DNA of 35,494 nt from IMG/VR virus record IMGVR_UViG_2531839180_000004, positions 1-35,494 of that record; one strand, 5' to 3'. A program made the position numbers and the translations under genes. The notes beneath the pieces are model-generated. The model was not told the origin of the DNA, made no database searches, and saw nothing but the letters and a program-made list of their open reading frames with translations. This stretch comes from a virus. Taxonomy: Duplodnaviria; Heunggongvirae; Uroviricota; Caudoviricetes. Below, piece after piece: positions 8,679 to 17,578 of the stretch; positions within the stretch are counted from its first letter, which is position 1, and every line of letters begins with the position of its first letter.

Positions 8679-9173
8679 ATGGCCATGATGATGATCTACG
8701 GCATGTTTGTTTTTGAGCTGCGCACGCTGCCGCATCAGCAGTTACAGCAAAACAAAAGCTGGCGGCATGTGAAAAATGAACGCGTTAACCGTTCAGCAAG
8801 CTGGCAGTATATCGGTGCAGGTGATGATCGCATCGTTCTTTCTGGTGTGCTTTATCCTGAAATTACAGGTGGCGAAGTGTCGCTGTCGCTGCTGACCACG
8901 CAGGCGTATACAGGACGACCCTGGCCTTTGATTGATGGCGTCGGGCAGATTTACGGTATGTATGTCCTGACCGGAACGAATACGACCCGTTCCGAGTTTG
9001 ATCGCTACGGTAAGGCGAAAAAGATAGAATTTTCACTGACCCTTGAACGCTGTGATGAGGATTTGCGGGAGCGCCTGCAATCCTCATCGTTCAGCGATAT
9101 GCTGTCCGGCTTCAAAGATAAGGTGACATCATCCCTTAACAGCGCGGCCAGTTCAGTAAAAGGGTTGTTCTGA
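8679..9173 (+). CDS. U: tail protein U
   Basis: MMMIYGMFVFELRTLPHQQLQQNKSWRH and PEITGGE...YTGRPWPLIDG align with P2 U. Confidence 0.9.
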   Translation: MAMMMIYGMFVFELRTLPHQQLQQNKSWRHVKNERVNRSASWQYIGAGDDRIVLSGVLYPEITGGEVSLSLLTTQAYTGRPWPLIDGVGQIYGMYVLTGTNTTRSEFDRYGKAKKIEFSLTLERCDEDLRERLQSSSFSDMLSGFKDKVTSSLNSAASSVKGLF

Positions 9174-9180
9174 TTTAACA

Positions 9181-9220
9181 CAAAAACCGCTAATGGTCAG
9201 ATTAGCGGTTTTCTTTTTCC
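9181..9220. terminator. bidirectional intrinsic terminator between U and the invertase remnant
   Basis: AACCGCTAAT-GGTCAG-ATTAGCGGTT perfect stem flanked by an A-run upstream and TTTCTTTTT downstream. Confidence 0.55.
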
Positions 9221-9396
9221 TTAGTCTTCTCAATTGTTTCTTCAGTCTGTATATCGCCTACAGGGTGATAACGATAAATCGTCGATATACTGATACCGTA
9301 AATTATTGCCAGTTGTTTTCTGTCATGACCGTTTTTAATAAGCCTTGCTATTTGAATGTTCACCCAAGGAATGCCTCCCTTAAGAAAGGGGGGCAA
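9202..9396 (-). pseudogene. remnant of a Gin/Hin/Cin/Pin-family DNA invertase (C-terminal HTH only)
   Basis: 64-aa ORF ...LIKNGHDRKQLAIIYGISISTIYRYHP resembles the C-terminal DNA-binding helix-turn-helix of serine invertases; the N-terminal catalytic domain is absent. Confidence 0.65.
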
Positions 9397-9409
9397 CCTT
9401 ACCTACAAA

Positions 9410-12007
9410 TCAGTATTTATAATAACGTCCAGGCAGCACAGGAGAGTTAACATTCCAGAACCCCTGCGGATCGCATGCCAGTATCATCCAGGCTGTATTA
9501 CAGGAGGACGGCCACGGTGGCATATCATCATTATCGGGGTAGTCACACGAATCAATATAACCGTAGCGTGTGCGCAGTGGTGCCAGCCTCGCCAGAATAT
9601 CCATCGCGGTGGTATCATCTCCCAGTCTGCGGGCCAGCAATGCCACGCCTGCACTGCCCTCCACCCAGACTCCACGCTGTTTATTCGGGTAGCCATATTC
9701 CGGATGATAAGGCGTGTACCCTGTCGCATCGTGCGTGGCGTACCAGAGTCTGCCCAGGTAAGTAAAACACCGCCGGGCTTTTTCCATATCTATATTGGCC
9801 ACAAACAGCCCTCCCCAGCTCGCGCAGTCCAGCGGTGAGGCCTTGTCCACCCCGGTAGTCCGCATCCCGGCATAAAATCGTCCTTCGTCCTCCACCCACA
9901 GTTTTTCCATAATGGCATCCGCCAGGGCTTTCGCTTTTTCAGCATAGCCGGTGAAGCCCAACCGTCCCATCAGATCAAACAAAAACCACAGGTCGAACTG
10001 ATGTTCTGACGTGCACCAGTCTGCGTCAAAATCCGGATAAAACACACCATTCAGATACTGTCCGCTACCGGATGTATACAAACCAGAGCGAACATCACTG
10101 CCATCTGTGACCCTGAACATTTCAATCCATTCTGCGCACTGCATCAGTTTATCCCGGGCAACAACGGCCATTTCACCGTCCGGATATTTCAGCAGATAAT
10201 ACGCCAGCGCATACGCCACCCACGCTGCGTTTCCCGTCCGGTAATACTGCGATGATGTTTGTGCTGACATACGGTTCACAAAAAAAGGCACGCTTCCCTC
10301 ACTGCCTCCGCTGCCCACAATCGCACACAACCCGCGAACAAAACGCTCAACCTGACTGTGCCCCTGCGCCATCAGGGCAATGGCCGACACAGCCTGGTCG
10401 TAAGTGTACGTACGGTCTTTCATCACCCTTACCGTTTCGTCTCCGGCATCCGATGGCACCCGGTAAGAGCGGATACACAGCGGGTCTTCCCAGACAGTTA
10501 CCAGACCGTTATTTGATGTACGATACAGTTTAAAAGACTTGGCCCCCGGCCAGCTTCTGGCGAAACTGAACGTGCCGTCACTCTCTAATACTACAGAGGA
10601 AAACTGATATTCCAGAGTTGTGCTGGCACACAGCGCAATGGTGTAGCTCTGCGGATCACCGATACTGCACTGACCTGTGACCGGACCGGTATAGTCCGTT
10701 GTCAGCTCTTCATTTACCGTCAGCGTAACGGATTTGTTGTACACATCAGGGGCATTCAGCGATAAAAGTTCCGCTGTGCAGGTTTCCGCCAGTGTGTAAA
10801 AATTTTCCACCCGGCTGTTGCGTTCGCAGGTTGTGATCTGCGAGTGAAATTTATCAATTATTTCCGTTAATCGAAGGTAATCTAGAACATCCTCAGCACT
10901 GGTCTTACTAATAATTTCACGTCCAACACTTGTTAATGCAGTTAATGCGGCACGATTTGCCCCTGTAAAATAAGGGAGTTTATCTGCTGATGTAGCAAGC
11001 TCCGCCAGCGCCGTCAGGGTGGCATCCTTCGGTTGCTTACCCGCAAGCGCGTCAATCACGGTGGTTGCAAAATTAGGGTCATTGCCCAGCGCCGCAGCCA
11101 GTTCGTTCAGCGTGTTCAGTGCATCAGGTGACGAATCTACAAGTGCGGCAATCGCGGCCATAACGAAAGCTGTGCTTGCGATCTGGGCATTATTAGTCCC
11201 CTGTGGCGCTGTTGGTGTTGTTGGCGTTCCGGTCAGTGCCGGGCTGTTTAATGGTGCTTTCTTGTTCGTTTCATCCATTACCACCTTGACAGCTTTTGGT
11301 GTCGCTGCCAGCGTTTCAGACGTGCTGTTCGTGGCGCTACTGAGCTGAACAATCCCTTTTTGTGTAGTGGTGGCGTTCTGGGCGGTATATTTCCCGTTAG
11401 CCAGGTCATATGCAGCCTTAACCGCTTTCGGTGTTGCGGCCAGTGTTTCTGATTCACTGTTAATTGCACTGCTTAACTGAGTAAAACCTTTTACGGTCAG
11501 CGAGGCGTCCGGGTGACGTCGTGACTGTTCGTGCTCTGATATTTTATCATCCACATATTTGCGGGTTGCCAGAACCACAGACGGGTCGATTTTCAGCGTG
11601 ATGGCTTCAGTGTTCGTGACAACCAGAATCATTCGGATAGTCTGGGTGCGTCCACTGCCTTCCTGCAACTGCGGTTTGTACGTTTCCGGGCAGTTTGCCA
11701 CCGCAATGAGTACACCTTCATCATCATAAAGACCAATCTCACGGATCCAGAATCCTCCCTCGTTTTCAGGGATGATTTGCTCCGCAATAATCTGGCTCTG
11801 ATTGTTAGGGTCAACACTCAGAAGATTCAGCGGTGCAATGCGTTTCTGGTTAATCAGTTTTGTTTGTGCAGGGTCTGGTGTTGGTAACACACCATTTGCA
11901 TCACCAACGGCCATTTGCGTCAGATTCAGCTTACTGCCGAGCATCGTCGCGTTAGCCAGTCGTGCCGCGCCCTGATTAGTCAGAATGGCGTAGTATTTCA
12001 CTGTCAT
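9410..12007 (-). CDS. H: tail fibre protein H with P2-like N-terminus, two fibre repeats and a divergent C-terminal domain of about 435 aa
   Basis: N-terminus MTVKYYAILTNQGAARLANA is P2 H-like, followed by two SETLAATPKAVK repeats. The C-terminal half is aromatic/Asp-rich and cysteine-containing, unlike P2 H. No G (fibre assembly) gene follows. Confidence 0.9.
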   Translation of the reverse strand: MTVKYYAILTNQGAARLANATMLGSKLNLTQMAVGDANGVLPTPDPAQTKLINQKRIAPLNLLSVDPNNQSQIIAEQIIPENEGGFWIREIGLYDDEGVLIAVANCPETYKPQLQEGSGRTQTIRMILVVTNTEAITLKIDPSVVLATRKYVDDKISEHEQSRRHPDASLTVKGFTQLSSAINSESETLAATPKAVKAAYDLANGKYTAQNATTTQKGIVQLSSATNSTSETLAATPKAVKVVMDETNKKAPLNSPALTGTPTTPTAPQGTNNAQIASTAFVMAAIAALVDSSPDALNTLNELAAALGNDPNFATTVIDALAGKQPKDATLTALAELATSADKLPYFTGANRAALTALTSVGREIISKTSAEDVLDYLRLTEIIDKFHSQITTCERNSRVENFYTLAETCTAELLSLNAPDVYNKSVTLTVNEELTTDYTGPVTGQCSIGDPQSYTIALCASTTLEYQFSSVVLESDGTFSFARSWPGAKSFKLYRTSNNGLVTVWEDPLCIRSYRVPSDAGDETVRVMKDRTYTYDQAVSAIALMAQGHSQVERFVRGLCAIVGSGGSEGSVPFFVNRMSAQTSSQYYRTGNAAWVAYALAYYLLKYPDGEMAVVARDKLMQCAEWIEMFRVTDGSDVRSGLYTSGSGQYLNGVFYPDFDADWCTSEHQFDLWFLFDLMGRLGFTGYAEKAKALADAIMEKLWVEDEGRFYAGMRTTGVDKASPLDCASWGGLFVANIDMEKARRCFTYLGRLWYATHDATGYTPYHPEYGYPNKQRGVWVEGSAGVALLARRLGDDTTAMDILARLAPLRTRYGYIDSCDYPDNDDMPPWPSSCNTAWMILACDPQGFWNVNSPVLPGRYYKY

Positions 12008-12612
12008 GCGTTTACTCTCAGATTATCAATTAAATGAATGGCCGGGGCAGGGAAATAATCCCCTTCGGCAATAATGGACTCCGGGGTGTAGGGATAAACC
12101 GTCAGGGCATCGCCGTGATAGCATCCCGTACCAACGAAAATCTTTCCGTTCACACTCAGGCTGATCGCCAGCCCCGTCAGATGGCGACTTACTGGTTTTG
12201 CATCCGCAATAAGGCGCTCAAGTTCCTGATACATTTCATCGGTGATGCCCTGATCAAGTACTCCGACAACAATGCGAAATGTTCCTGGCTCCTCGTTGAG
12301 TTGCCACCACTCCTTTACTTCAATCAGGTAGCCGAGAGGCTCCACGGCTCTTCGCAGTGCGCTGATGGTTCCCTTGTGTCGGTGTATCAGCCATGCATCA
12401 CGAATCACCTGTCGTTTTGTCTCTTCCGGCCAGTTGCGATCCCAGCGGTCAACGGAAAATGCCCAGGCGAGATAAGGCAGCAGATGCACCGGGCAGGTAT
12501 CCGGCGACCACAGCGTGTTGAGGTCTACCGGAATGTCTGTAATGCGTGTTCCGACGGCTTCGGCACAACGCATGAAACTGCTGGCTGATGGCGGTAACAG
12601 TGAATTACTCAT
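12004..12612 (-). CDS. I: baseplate assembly protein I
   Basis: From the internal Met MSNSLLPP; LWSPDTCPVHLLPYLAWAFSVDRWD aligns with P2 I. Confidence 0.9.
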   Translation of the reverse strand: MSNSLLPPSASSFMRCAEAVGTRITDIPVDLNTLWSPDTCPVHLLPYLAWAFSVDRWDRNWPEETKRQVIRDAWLIHRHKGTISALRRAVEPLGYLIEVKEWWQLNEEPGTFRIVVGVLDQGITDEMYQELERLIADAKPVSRHLTGLAISLSVNGKIFVGTGCYHGDALTVYPYTPESIIAEGDYFPAPAIHLIDNLRVNA

Positions 12613-13501
12613 TGCGCCCACCTTCGCTGATGGTAAATGACTCACAGCGCGCCGCCTGTATGTCGCTGATGGCCATATTCTGTGTGGGTTCGATTATCTC
12701 TACGCGTTGCACGCCGTGCACATGAAGTGCGGCAGCAATGGCGGACAACGCCACGTCCTGACCGATAAGCCCCTGTTCAGCCAGCCACTTCCTGAATGAC
12801 GATTCCGCCGCAGCCAGAATAGGTTCGGATTCCGGGCCGGGATAAAAGTACAGTTTTGCCTTCAGCCGCCATGTCACGATTCTGGCGCTCTGTACCGTCA
12901 GGCGGTCGGCCACCGGGCGGGTATCCTCTGCATTCAGAACGGCGCGAACGGTATTAAGCAACGCCTCCGTTGCCGTGCCGTCGCCTTCAGTGGACAGGAT
13001 GGAAACCGTCACATTTGCCGGAGACGGACTGATAGCCCGCGCATCACGCACCAGACCGCTGGCGCTGCGGGCAAAATACTCGTATGCACCTGACGGGCCA
13101 GCAACACTCAGGCCGTCATACGCCCGCTGCGCCCGCAGTCTCAGCGAGGTGTCGCTCTCCATCACCGCGTCGGTGGTATCCGTTGCCGGAGTGATAACCA
13201 GGCGCTTTGTGTTCATATTGCCCGCGAGGTTGTCCAGGTTTGTCCCTGAACCGTGGCTTAACATGCAGGCGCGTGCGCCCTCGTTAACCCGCTGGCGTAA
13301 CAGCATTTCACGAAACGACATGGTTTGAGCGATAACGTTAAGGGGTTCCGATTCCAGCTCCAGCGCGGCGGAAACGGCTTCACGCTGTTCGGCGGGATAG
13401 GACGCAATCATCATGGCCTTTGTGTCAGCCAGAATTGCCTCAAAGTCAGGCTCCGCGATGATGGCGGGGTCCGGTAACTGTGAAAGGTCAACGGCAGGCA
13501 T
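12605..13501 (-). CDS. J: baseplate assembly protein J
   Basis: 298 aa; ESEPL, RQRVNE, GLSVAG, RPVADRLTVQSA and LHVHGVQRVE blocks align with P2 J. Confidence 0.95.
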   Translation of the reverse strand: MPAVDLSQLPDPAIIAEPDFEAILADTKAMMIASYPAEQREAVSAALELESEPLNVIAQTMSFREMLLRQRVNEGARACMLSHGSGTNLDNLAGNMNTKRLVITPATDTTDAVMESDTSLRLRAQRAYDGLSVAGPSGAYEYFARSASGLVRDARAISPSPANVTVSILSTEGDGTATEALLNTVRAVLNAEDTRPVADRLTVQSARIVTWRLKAKLYFYPGPESEPILAAAESSFRKWLAEQGLIGQDVALSAIAAALHVHGVQRVEIIEPTQNMAISDIQAARCESFTISEGGRNE

Positions 13502-13504
13502 GAT

Positions 13505-13855
13505 TTACTCCCTCAGCGTGATGGTTAATTCAACATTCTGCATGGTCTGCATGACAGTGCCCGACAGCGTCACCCCGGCGCGGCCTCCTGCCTTCCAGAC
13601 AACGTCGATAGCGTCCAGGGCAATGCGGGGTTCCCATCGTGTCAGCGCAATCACGGCAGCACTCATGCATTGCAGACGCGTGGTGTTATTCATGGGTTCG
13701 TCAATCAAATCAGGCACAAGGCTGCCATATTCCCGTCGCATAACCCGGCTTGCCAGCGGGGTGGTCAGGATGTCCCTGACTGACTGTTTCAGGTGCTCCA
13801 TATCGTTCAGGTTTCCCGTTCTGTCCGGGTTCATTCCTGTGTAGCGGGTTGTCAC
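13505..13855 (-). CDS. W: baseplate assembly protein W (gp25-like)
   Basis: 116 aa; MTTRYTGMN...VRDILTTPLASRVMRREYGS aligns with P2 W. Confidence 0.9.
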   Translation of the reverse strand: MTTRYTGMNPDRTGNLNDMEHLKQSVRDILTTPLASRVMRREYGSLVPDLIDEPMNNTTRLQCMSAAVIALTRWEPRIALDAIDVVWKAGGRAGVTLSGTVMQTMQNVELTITLRE

Positions 13856-14433
13856 TGCGGGCCTCCTGTCGAATCGCTGCCACCTTTAACGCCACCGTGT
13901 TTATGCGTATGCACTGTGATGCCGTTTGAGGTGAAATTGCCGCCGCTGTGCGTGATATTGCCGCTCATCTTTCCCCCTTTTGTGACGTCAAGCGTCGCCG
14001 TTCTCAGAAGGTCTGTGCATTCCACGACGGGCGTATCCAGTGTCACGCTGACGGATGCCTGCAGGGTGGCTGTTTTCATGCCGCTGGCGCTCAGTGCGCC
14101 TGCGTCCGCGTCGTAGCGGAACACCGCGCCATCCGGCGCGCTGACCACGATTTCTTTCAGGCTTTTGCCGGGGGCCGGAATGGCATCACTCCACAGGCTG
14201 CCAATTATCATGGCGGTTTCCGGGTTGCCGCCAATGCAGGCAATTACCACCTGTTCGCCGGGTGATGGCGGCAGCCACACATTGAAGGCTCCCGCGCGCG
14301 TGGTGTTCCAGCGCAGCCAGCCTGTTTCCAGTTCGCCGCTGCGAACGCGCACGCACCAGGATTCCTCATCAACTTCAGAGATGATCCCGGTACGGATGAT
14401 GTTGCTCAGCAGCCGCATGAGTTCTGCGCTCAC
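13852..14433 (-). CDS. V: baseplate spike protein V
   Basis: 193 aa with a Gly-rich C-terminus, in the V position, P2 V-like. Confidence 0.9.
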   Translation of the reverse strand: MSAELMRLLSNIIRTGIISEVDEESWCVRVRSGELETGWLRWNTTRAGAFNVWLPPSPGEQVVIACIGGNPETAMIIGSLWSDAIPAPGKSLKEIVVSAPDGAVFRYDADAGALSASGMKTATLQASVSVTLDTPVVECTDLLRTATLDVTKGGKMSGNITHSGGNFTSNGITVHTHKHGGVKGGSDSTGGPQ

Positions 14434-15074
14434 CGTACAGCCTCCGCAATCCGGCCCAGCACCGTGTTATAAATCAGGCGCTCATCTGCCTGGCTGATAC
14501 CCAGCAGCTCACGTACCGGGTAATCGGTGAAAATGCCCGGCGCAACCTGATCGCGCTCACCGAACTGATGAACGCGTGCAATACGTGCGGCCACGCCGCT
14601 GTAACCCACCGTCACACCGGAAGCATCTGCACGGGCTTTCAGGTAGCGGGCGGTGCGCAGTTTTACGAACATGGGGACGCGCTTTGTGCTGTCCTGGTTG
14701 ATGCGCCGGGTGCGTATTTCCAGAAAACGGTCGATGTCATCCCGGTAAAACGTGCGGATATTGTTTTTATCCTCATCCCACCCGGTAATGGTTCGCCCGT
14801 ATTTCCCCGTGTCGTGATGCCAGTTTTTCAGCGTGCGTGCTTCGTTATTCCAGATAAAGCGAATGCGTTCCTGTATCCGGGTTACGCGGCGTCTGCGTGG
14901 TGTCCACGCGGTCCCGTCCGGCGCTTTCTGTGACCGGATACGCGCCTGCTGGGCGCGGCGTAAATCCTGTGCCAGCTTTCTGGCGATGTTATTGATGGCC
15001 TGCTGATTCAGGCTGTCGCGGATGGCCTCAAAGGTTTCATCCACGCGGGTGAATGCCTTATCCATCGCTTTCAC
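14430..15074 (-). CDS. S: tail completion / virion morphogenesis protein S-like
   Basis: 214 aa in the S position between R and V; longer than P2 S. Confidence 0.7.
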   Translation of the reverse strand: MKAMDKAFTRVDETFEAIRDSLNQQAINNIARKLAQDLRRAQQARIRSQKAPDGTAWTPRRRRVTRIQERIRFIWNNEARTLKNWHHDTGKYGRTITGWDEDKNNIRTFYRDDIDRFLEIRTRRINQDSTKRVPMFVKLRTARYLKARADASGVTVGYSGVAARIARVHQFGERDQVAPGIFTDYPVRELLGISQADERLIYNTVLGRIAEAVR

Positions 15075-15525
15075 CCCACGTCACATCCTGGAATACATGC
15101 GACCAGTCGCCTTCGGAAGATGGCAGGCGGGGTTTTGGCTCAGGCAGGTGTTCTGCCTGCGGTGTGCCCTGACTGCTGCGCGTGATGCGAACGCGTTCCC
15201 GCAGGGGGAGCGTAAACAGGAGATCGGCGCTGTCATCGTCATTGATAACGGCGGAGAATTTGATGTCCTGATTACGCTCCGGATTGAGCAACAACTGTGG
15301 CTGATTTTCGGATAACCACGCCAGTAGCGGCAGCGTGAGGTCGTCCAGCTCCCCGGCGTAATCCATGACAAACATCACCATCTGATAGCGGTAAACAAAC
15401 GAGGGCGTTTCTCCGGTCGTTTCAATGTTGCCGCTCTCCACGAAAATGGTGAATTTTTCCGGGTTGGCCTGACACCATCGGCATGAACGGGTCATGGCTT
15501 CACGCAGGGAATCAGTTTTCAGCAT
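15058..15525 (-). CDS. R: tail completion protein R
   Basis: MLKTDSLREAMT...LPLLAWLSENQP aligns with P2 R. Confidence 0.85.
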   Translation of the reverse strand: MLKTDSLREAMTRSCRWCQANPEKFTIFVESGNIETTGETPSFVYRYQMVMFVMDYAGELDDLTLPLLAWLSENQPQLLLNPERNQDIKFSAVINDDDSADLLFTLPLRERVRITRSSQGTPQAEHLPEPKPRLPSSEGDWSHVFQDVTWGESDG

Positions 15526-15802
15526 GGTTGTTATCCTCGTTGTTCAGTCGTTGCAGCCTGCGCTGTTCCAGTAATTCAATGGCCCGTTTATCCGCGTTAC
15601 AGGTTTCCAGTGCATCCAGAAGGCGGTCGCCCCATATACCGAGATTTCCCCATGTGGGAGTATCAGGGAAGGGGGGAGGCGTTACCGGTATGGTCAGCGT
15701 CTGCGGTATAAGCCGGACTGACGGCGCTGGCAGTGGCGCGTTCTGCGTGCCTGCGCAGCCTGTCAGTAAAACGAGCGTCAGGCAAAGCGTGGGCGCATTC
15801 AT
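15512..15802 (-). CDS. lysC: outer-membrane spanin lipoprotein (LysC/Rz1-like)
   Basis: Signal peptide with lipobox LLTGC, Pro-rich, starts inside lysB and extends into R as in P2. Start Met (MNAPTL) chosen by signal-peptide logic. Confidence 0.65.
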   Translation of the reverse strand: MNAPTLCLTLVLLTGCAGTQNAPLPAPSVRLIPQTLTIPVTPPPFPDTPTWGNLGIWGDRLLDALETCNADKRAIELLEQRRLQRLNNEDNNHAEN

Positions 15803-16070
15803 CTTTTGCAATATCGTTGCGTAGCTGTTCACGTCTTACCTCTCCGTCCTGATTGCGTTGCTGATTTTCCACGCGGAGTTGCGCCAGCACCTGCTGCATA
15901 TCCTGTACCCCGGCGCTGATGATATTCAGGGTGTCGGCGGTACTTTTCAGGGTGCTGGCCTGCGCTTCGTTTCTGGCGTTCTCCCGGCCCAGCGACCACG
16001 ACAGACGCATGGATGTTCCCCATCCGGCAATCAGAAGGAAAGCGACGCCAAGCGTGGGCCAGAGCTTCAT
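15663..16070 (-). CDS. lysB: inner-membrane spanin (LysB/Rz-like)
   Basis: Internal Met MKLWPTLGVAFLLIAGW gives an N-terminal TM helix then a coiled-coil region. GGAG Shine-Dalgarno upstream; start overlaps the endolysin stop. Confidence 0.7.
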   Translation of the reverse strand: MKLWPTLGVAFLLIAGWGTSMRLSWSLGRENARNEAQASTLKSTADTLNIISAGVQDMQQVLAQLRVENQQRNQDGEVRREQLRNDIAKDECAHALPDARFTDRLRRHAERATASAVSPAYTADADHTGNASPLP

Positions 16071-16459
16071 GCCGGATAGGCTCCGTGTGGTAACTGAAAA
16101 TGCGGTCCGTCTTTCAGAGTCTTCCAGTCGCCTCCCCATTCCACCGGAATATTCAGTTCCCGGCTGGCCTGTCTGAATGCTGCTGCGATTTTTTCGTACA
16201 GCGGCCATTCCCATGACACCTGGCTGCCGATATAAGCCACAACATCCACGGCATGTCCCGTAAGGTGGCGGCTGTTCATGGTCTGGCTCTTACCCGTGGC
16301 CACCAGTTGCTTCTGGCGGTAACGGCTGCGCAACCCTTCGGTGATACCAAAATCCACTTCCGAGATTTCCAGTGCCCGTCGGGTCACTTTCACCAGATCA
16401 GGATTTACGCCCTGCAAATTCTTTTCGCTCCGGCTGCTGAATTTAAATGTGTTGCTCAT
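16067..16459 (-). CDS. endolysin, peptidase M15-type (L-alanyl-D-glutamate peptidase-like)
   Basis: 130 aa with SRHLTGHAVD...HFQ zinc-peptidase signature; it replaces the P2 K-type lysozyme. Confidence 0.8.
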   Translation of the reverse strand: MSNTFKFSSRSEKNLQGVNPDLVKVTRRALEISEVDFGITEGLRSRYRQKQLVATGKSQTMNSRHLTGHAVDVVAYIGSQVSWEWPLYEKIAAAFRQASRELNIPVEWGGDWKTLKDGPHFQLPHGAYPA

Positions 16460-16776
16460 TCGTCCTTCTCCTTCACCCTGCGATTAAAGGCCGCAATAAC
16501 CTTGTCGCGTGCTTTCTCTGCCCCCATAAAACCGATTGATGCGCCGATAAACGTCACGGCATCTTCAGGAAACCCGAAGAAGCGCAACGACCCGGCCACG
16601 GCCATGGCAAGAACGCCGCACGCCAGCGATCCCGTTACGGTCTGAACCAGTGTTCGTCCGTCATAAAGACTCATCAGCGCGGAAATGCTGACCGCCGCGC
16701 CTACTGCATACACCGTTGGCAGGTGGTCAAAGAGCCACGCAATAACCTGCTCTGTGATCCCTGTTTGAATGGTGCT
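16456..16776 (-). CDS. holin (GTG start)
   Basis: Hydrophobic 106-aa product with a charged C-terminus (RRVKEKDE). GTG start preceded by a GGGGGGAG Shine-Dalgarno inside the 3' end of X. The upstream part of the 180-aa track ORF overlaps X and is rejected. Confidence 0.6.
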   Translation of the reverse strand, partial: STIQTGITEQVIAWLFDHLPTVYAVGAAVSISALMSLYDGRTLVQTVTGSLACGVLAMAVAGSLRFFGFPEDAVTFIGASIGFMGAEKARDKVIAAFNRRVKEKDE

Positions 16777-16781
16777 CACTG

Positions 16782-16982
16782 CTACTCCCCCCACAACTGA
16801 ATCATTTCTCGTTTCTTCTTCTCCGGCTCCGGCATCTCCACTTCCTGCCCGGCGTCCAGAAATACCTGCTGACAGAGTCCGGGGTTGGCATCCAGCACCT
16901 TTTCGGTGACGCCCTGCGTCGTGCCGTAGTACCGGAAACAGAGCGAATCCACGGTGTCGCCTTCCAGTGCCTTCACTTTCAT
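16782..16982 (-). CDS. X: tail protein X
   Basis: MKVKALEGDTVDSLCFRYYGTTQGVTEKVLDANPGL aligns with P2 X. Confidence 0.8.
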   Translation of the reverse strand: MKVKALEGDTVDSLCFRYYGTTQGVTEKVLDANPGLCQQVFLDAGQEVEMPEPEKKKREMIQLWGE

Positions 16983-17485
16983 CAGCACAATTCCGCAAAG
17001 ATTCGCGGGCGGCACAGAATGTCAGAGATGGCCCAGCTCACATCGCGCCACAAATCCGATGTCTGTATATCCAGTGCGTCCGCCCGGCGGTCGCCCTTGT
17101 CCGTTGTGTCCGCATCGCGGTAACGCTCCAGAATCAGGGCGCGCGTGGCGGTATAAACAGCATTGCGCCAGTGCCAGAGATTGACGCTTTCTCCGTTAAT
17201 TACGGGTGCCGGAACATCGGCCAGCGTCTGATGGCCAGCTGCCTGCTGTTCCTGCTGCCATGCTTCCAGCTCGCGGGTAACGTGTGCCACAGCCCCGGTG
17301 GCAGTATGCAGCAGGCGGGAGGTGGTCACGCGGCCCGGCAGTCGTACCGCCAGACGCAGCTCGCGCAGCACAATATCCGGCCAGAATGCACCCGCTGAAA
17401 TGCGGGTATCGCCATCATCGGTATCGGTGATGTCGTCCTCTGCGGGTCCGGGTTCAGTTCTGGCAACCATACTCATGGGGTTCAC
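16982..17485 (-). CDS. L: head completion/stabilisation protein L
   Basis: 167-aa ORF in the L position, P2 L-like. The track start is a GTG; the true start may be an internal ATG. Confidence 0.8.
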   Translation of the reverse strand: MNPMSMVARTEPGPAEDDITDTDDGDTRISAGAFWPDIVLRELRLAVRLPGRVTTSRLLHTATGAVAHVTRELEAWQQEQQAAGHQTLADVPAPVINGESVNLWHWRNAVYTATRALILERYRDADTTDKGDRRADALDIQTSDLWRDVSWAISDILCRPRIFAELC

Positions 17486-17578
17486 TCCTGAAAAAAATCG
17501 GGCGGTGGGTGCGCGGTGTAAACGGTCACGGAGTCAAACCGGAACACCGCGCACGCCGCCCGCTGACGGGGTCAGTCG

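Noticed and set aside
16456-16998. 180-aa ORF as a long holin
   Set aside because: Its first ~70 codons overlap tail gene X in another frame and are Arg/Gly-rich; a GTG with a strong Shine-Dalgarno just after X gives a holin of typical size.
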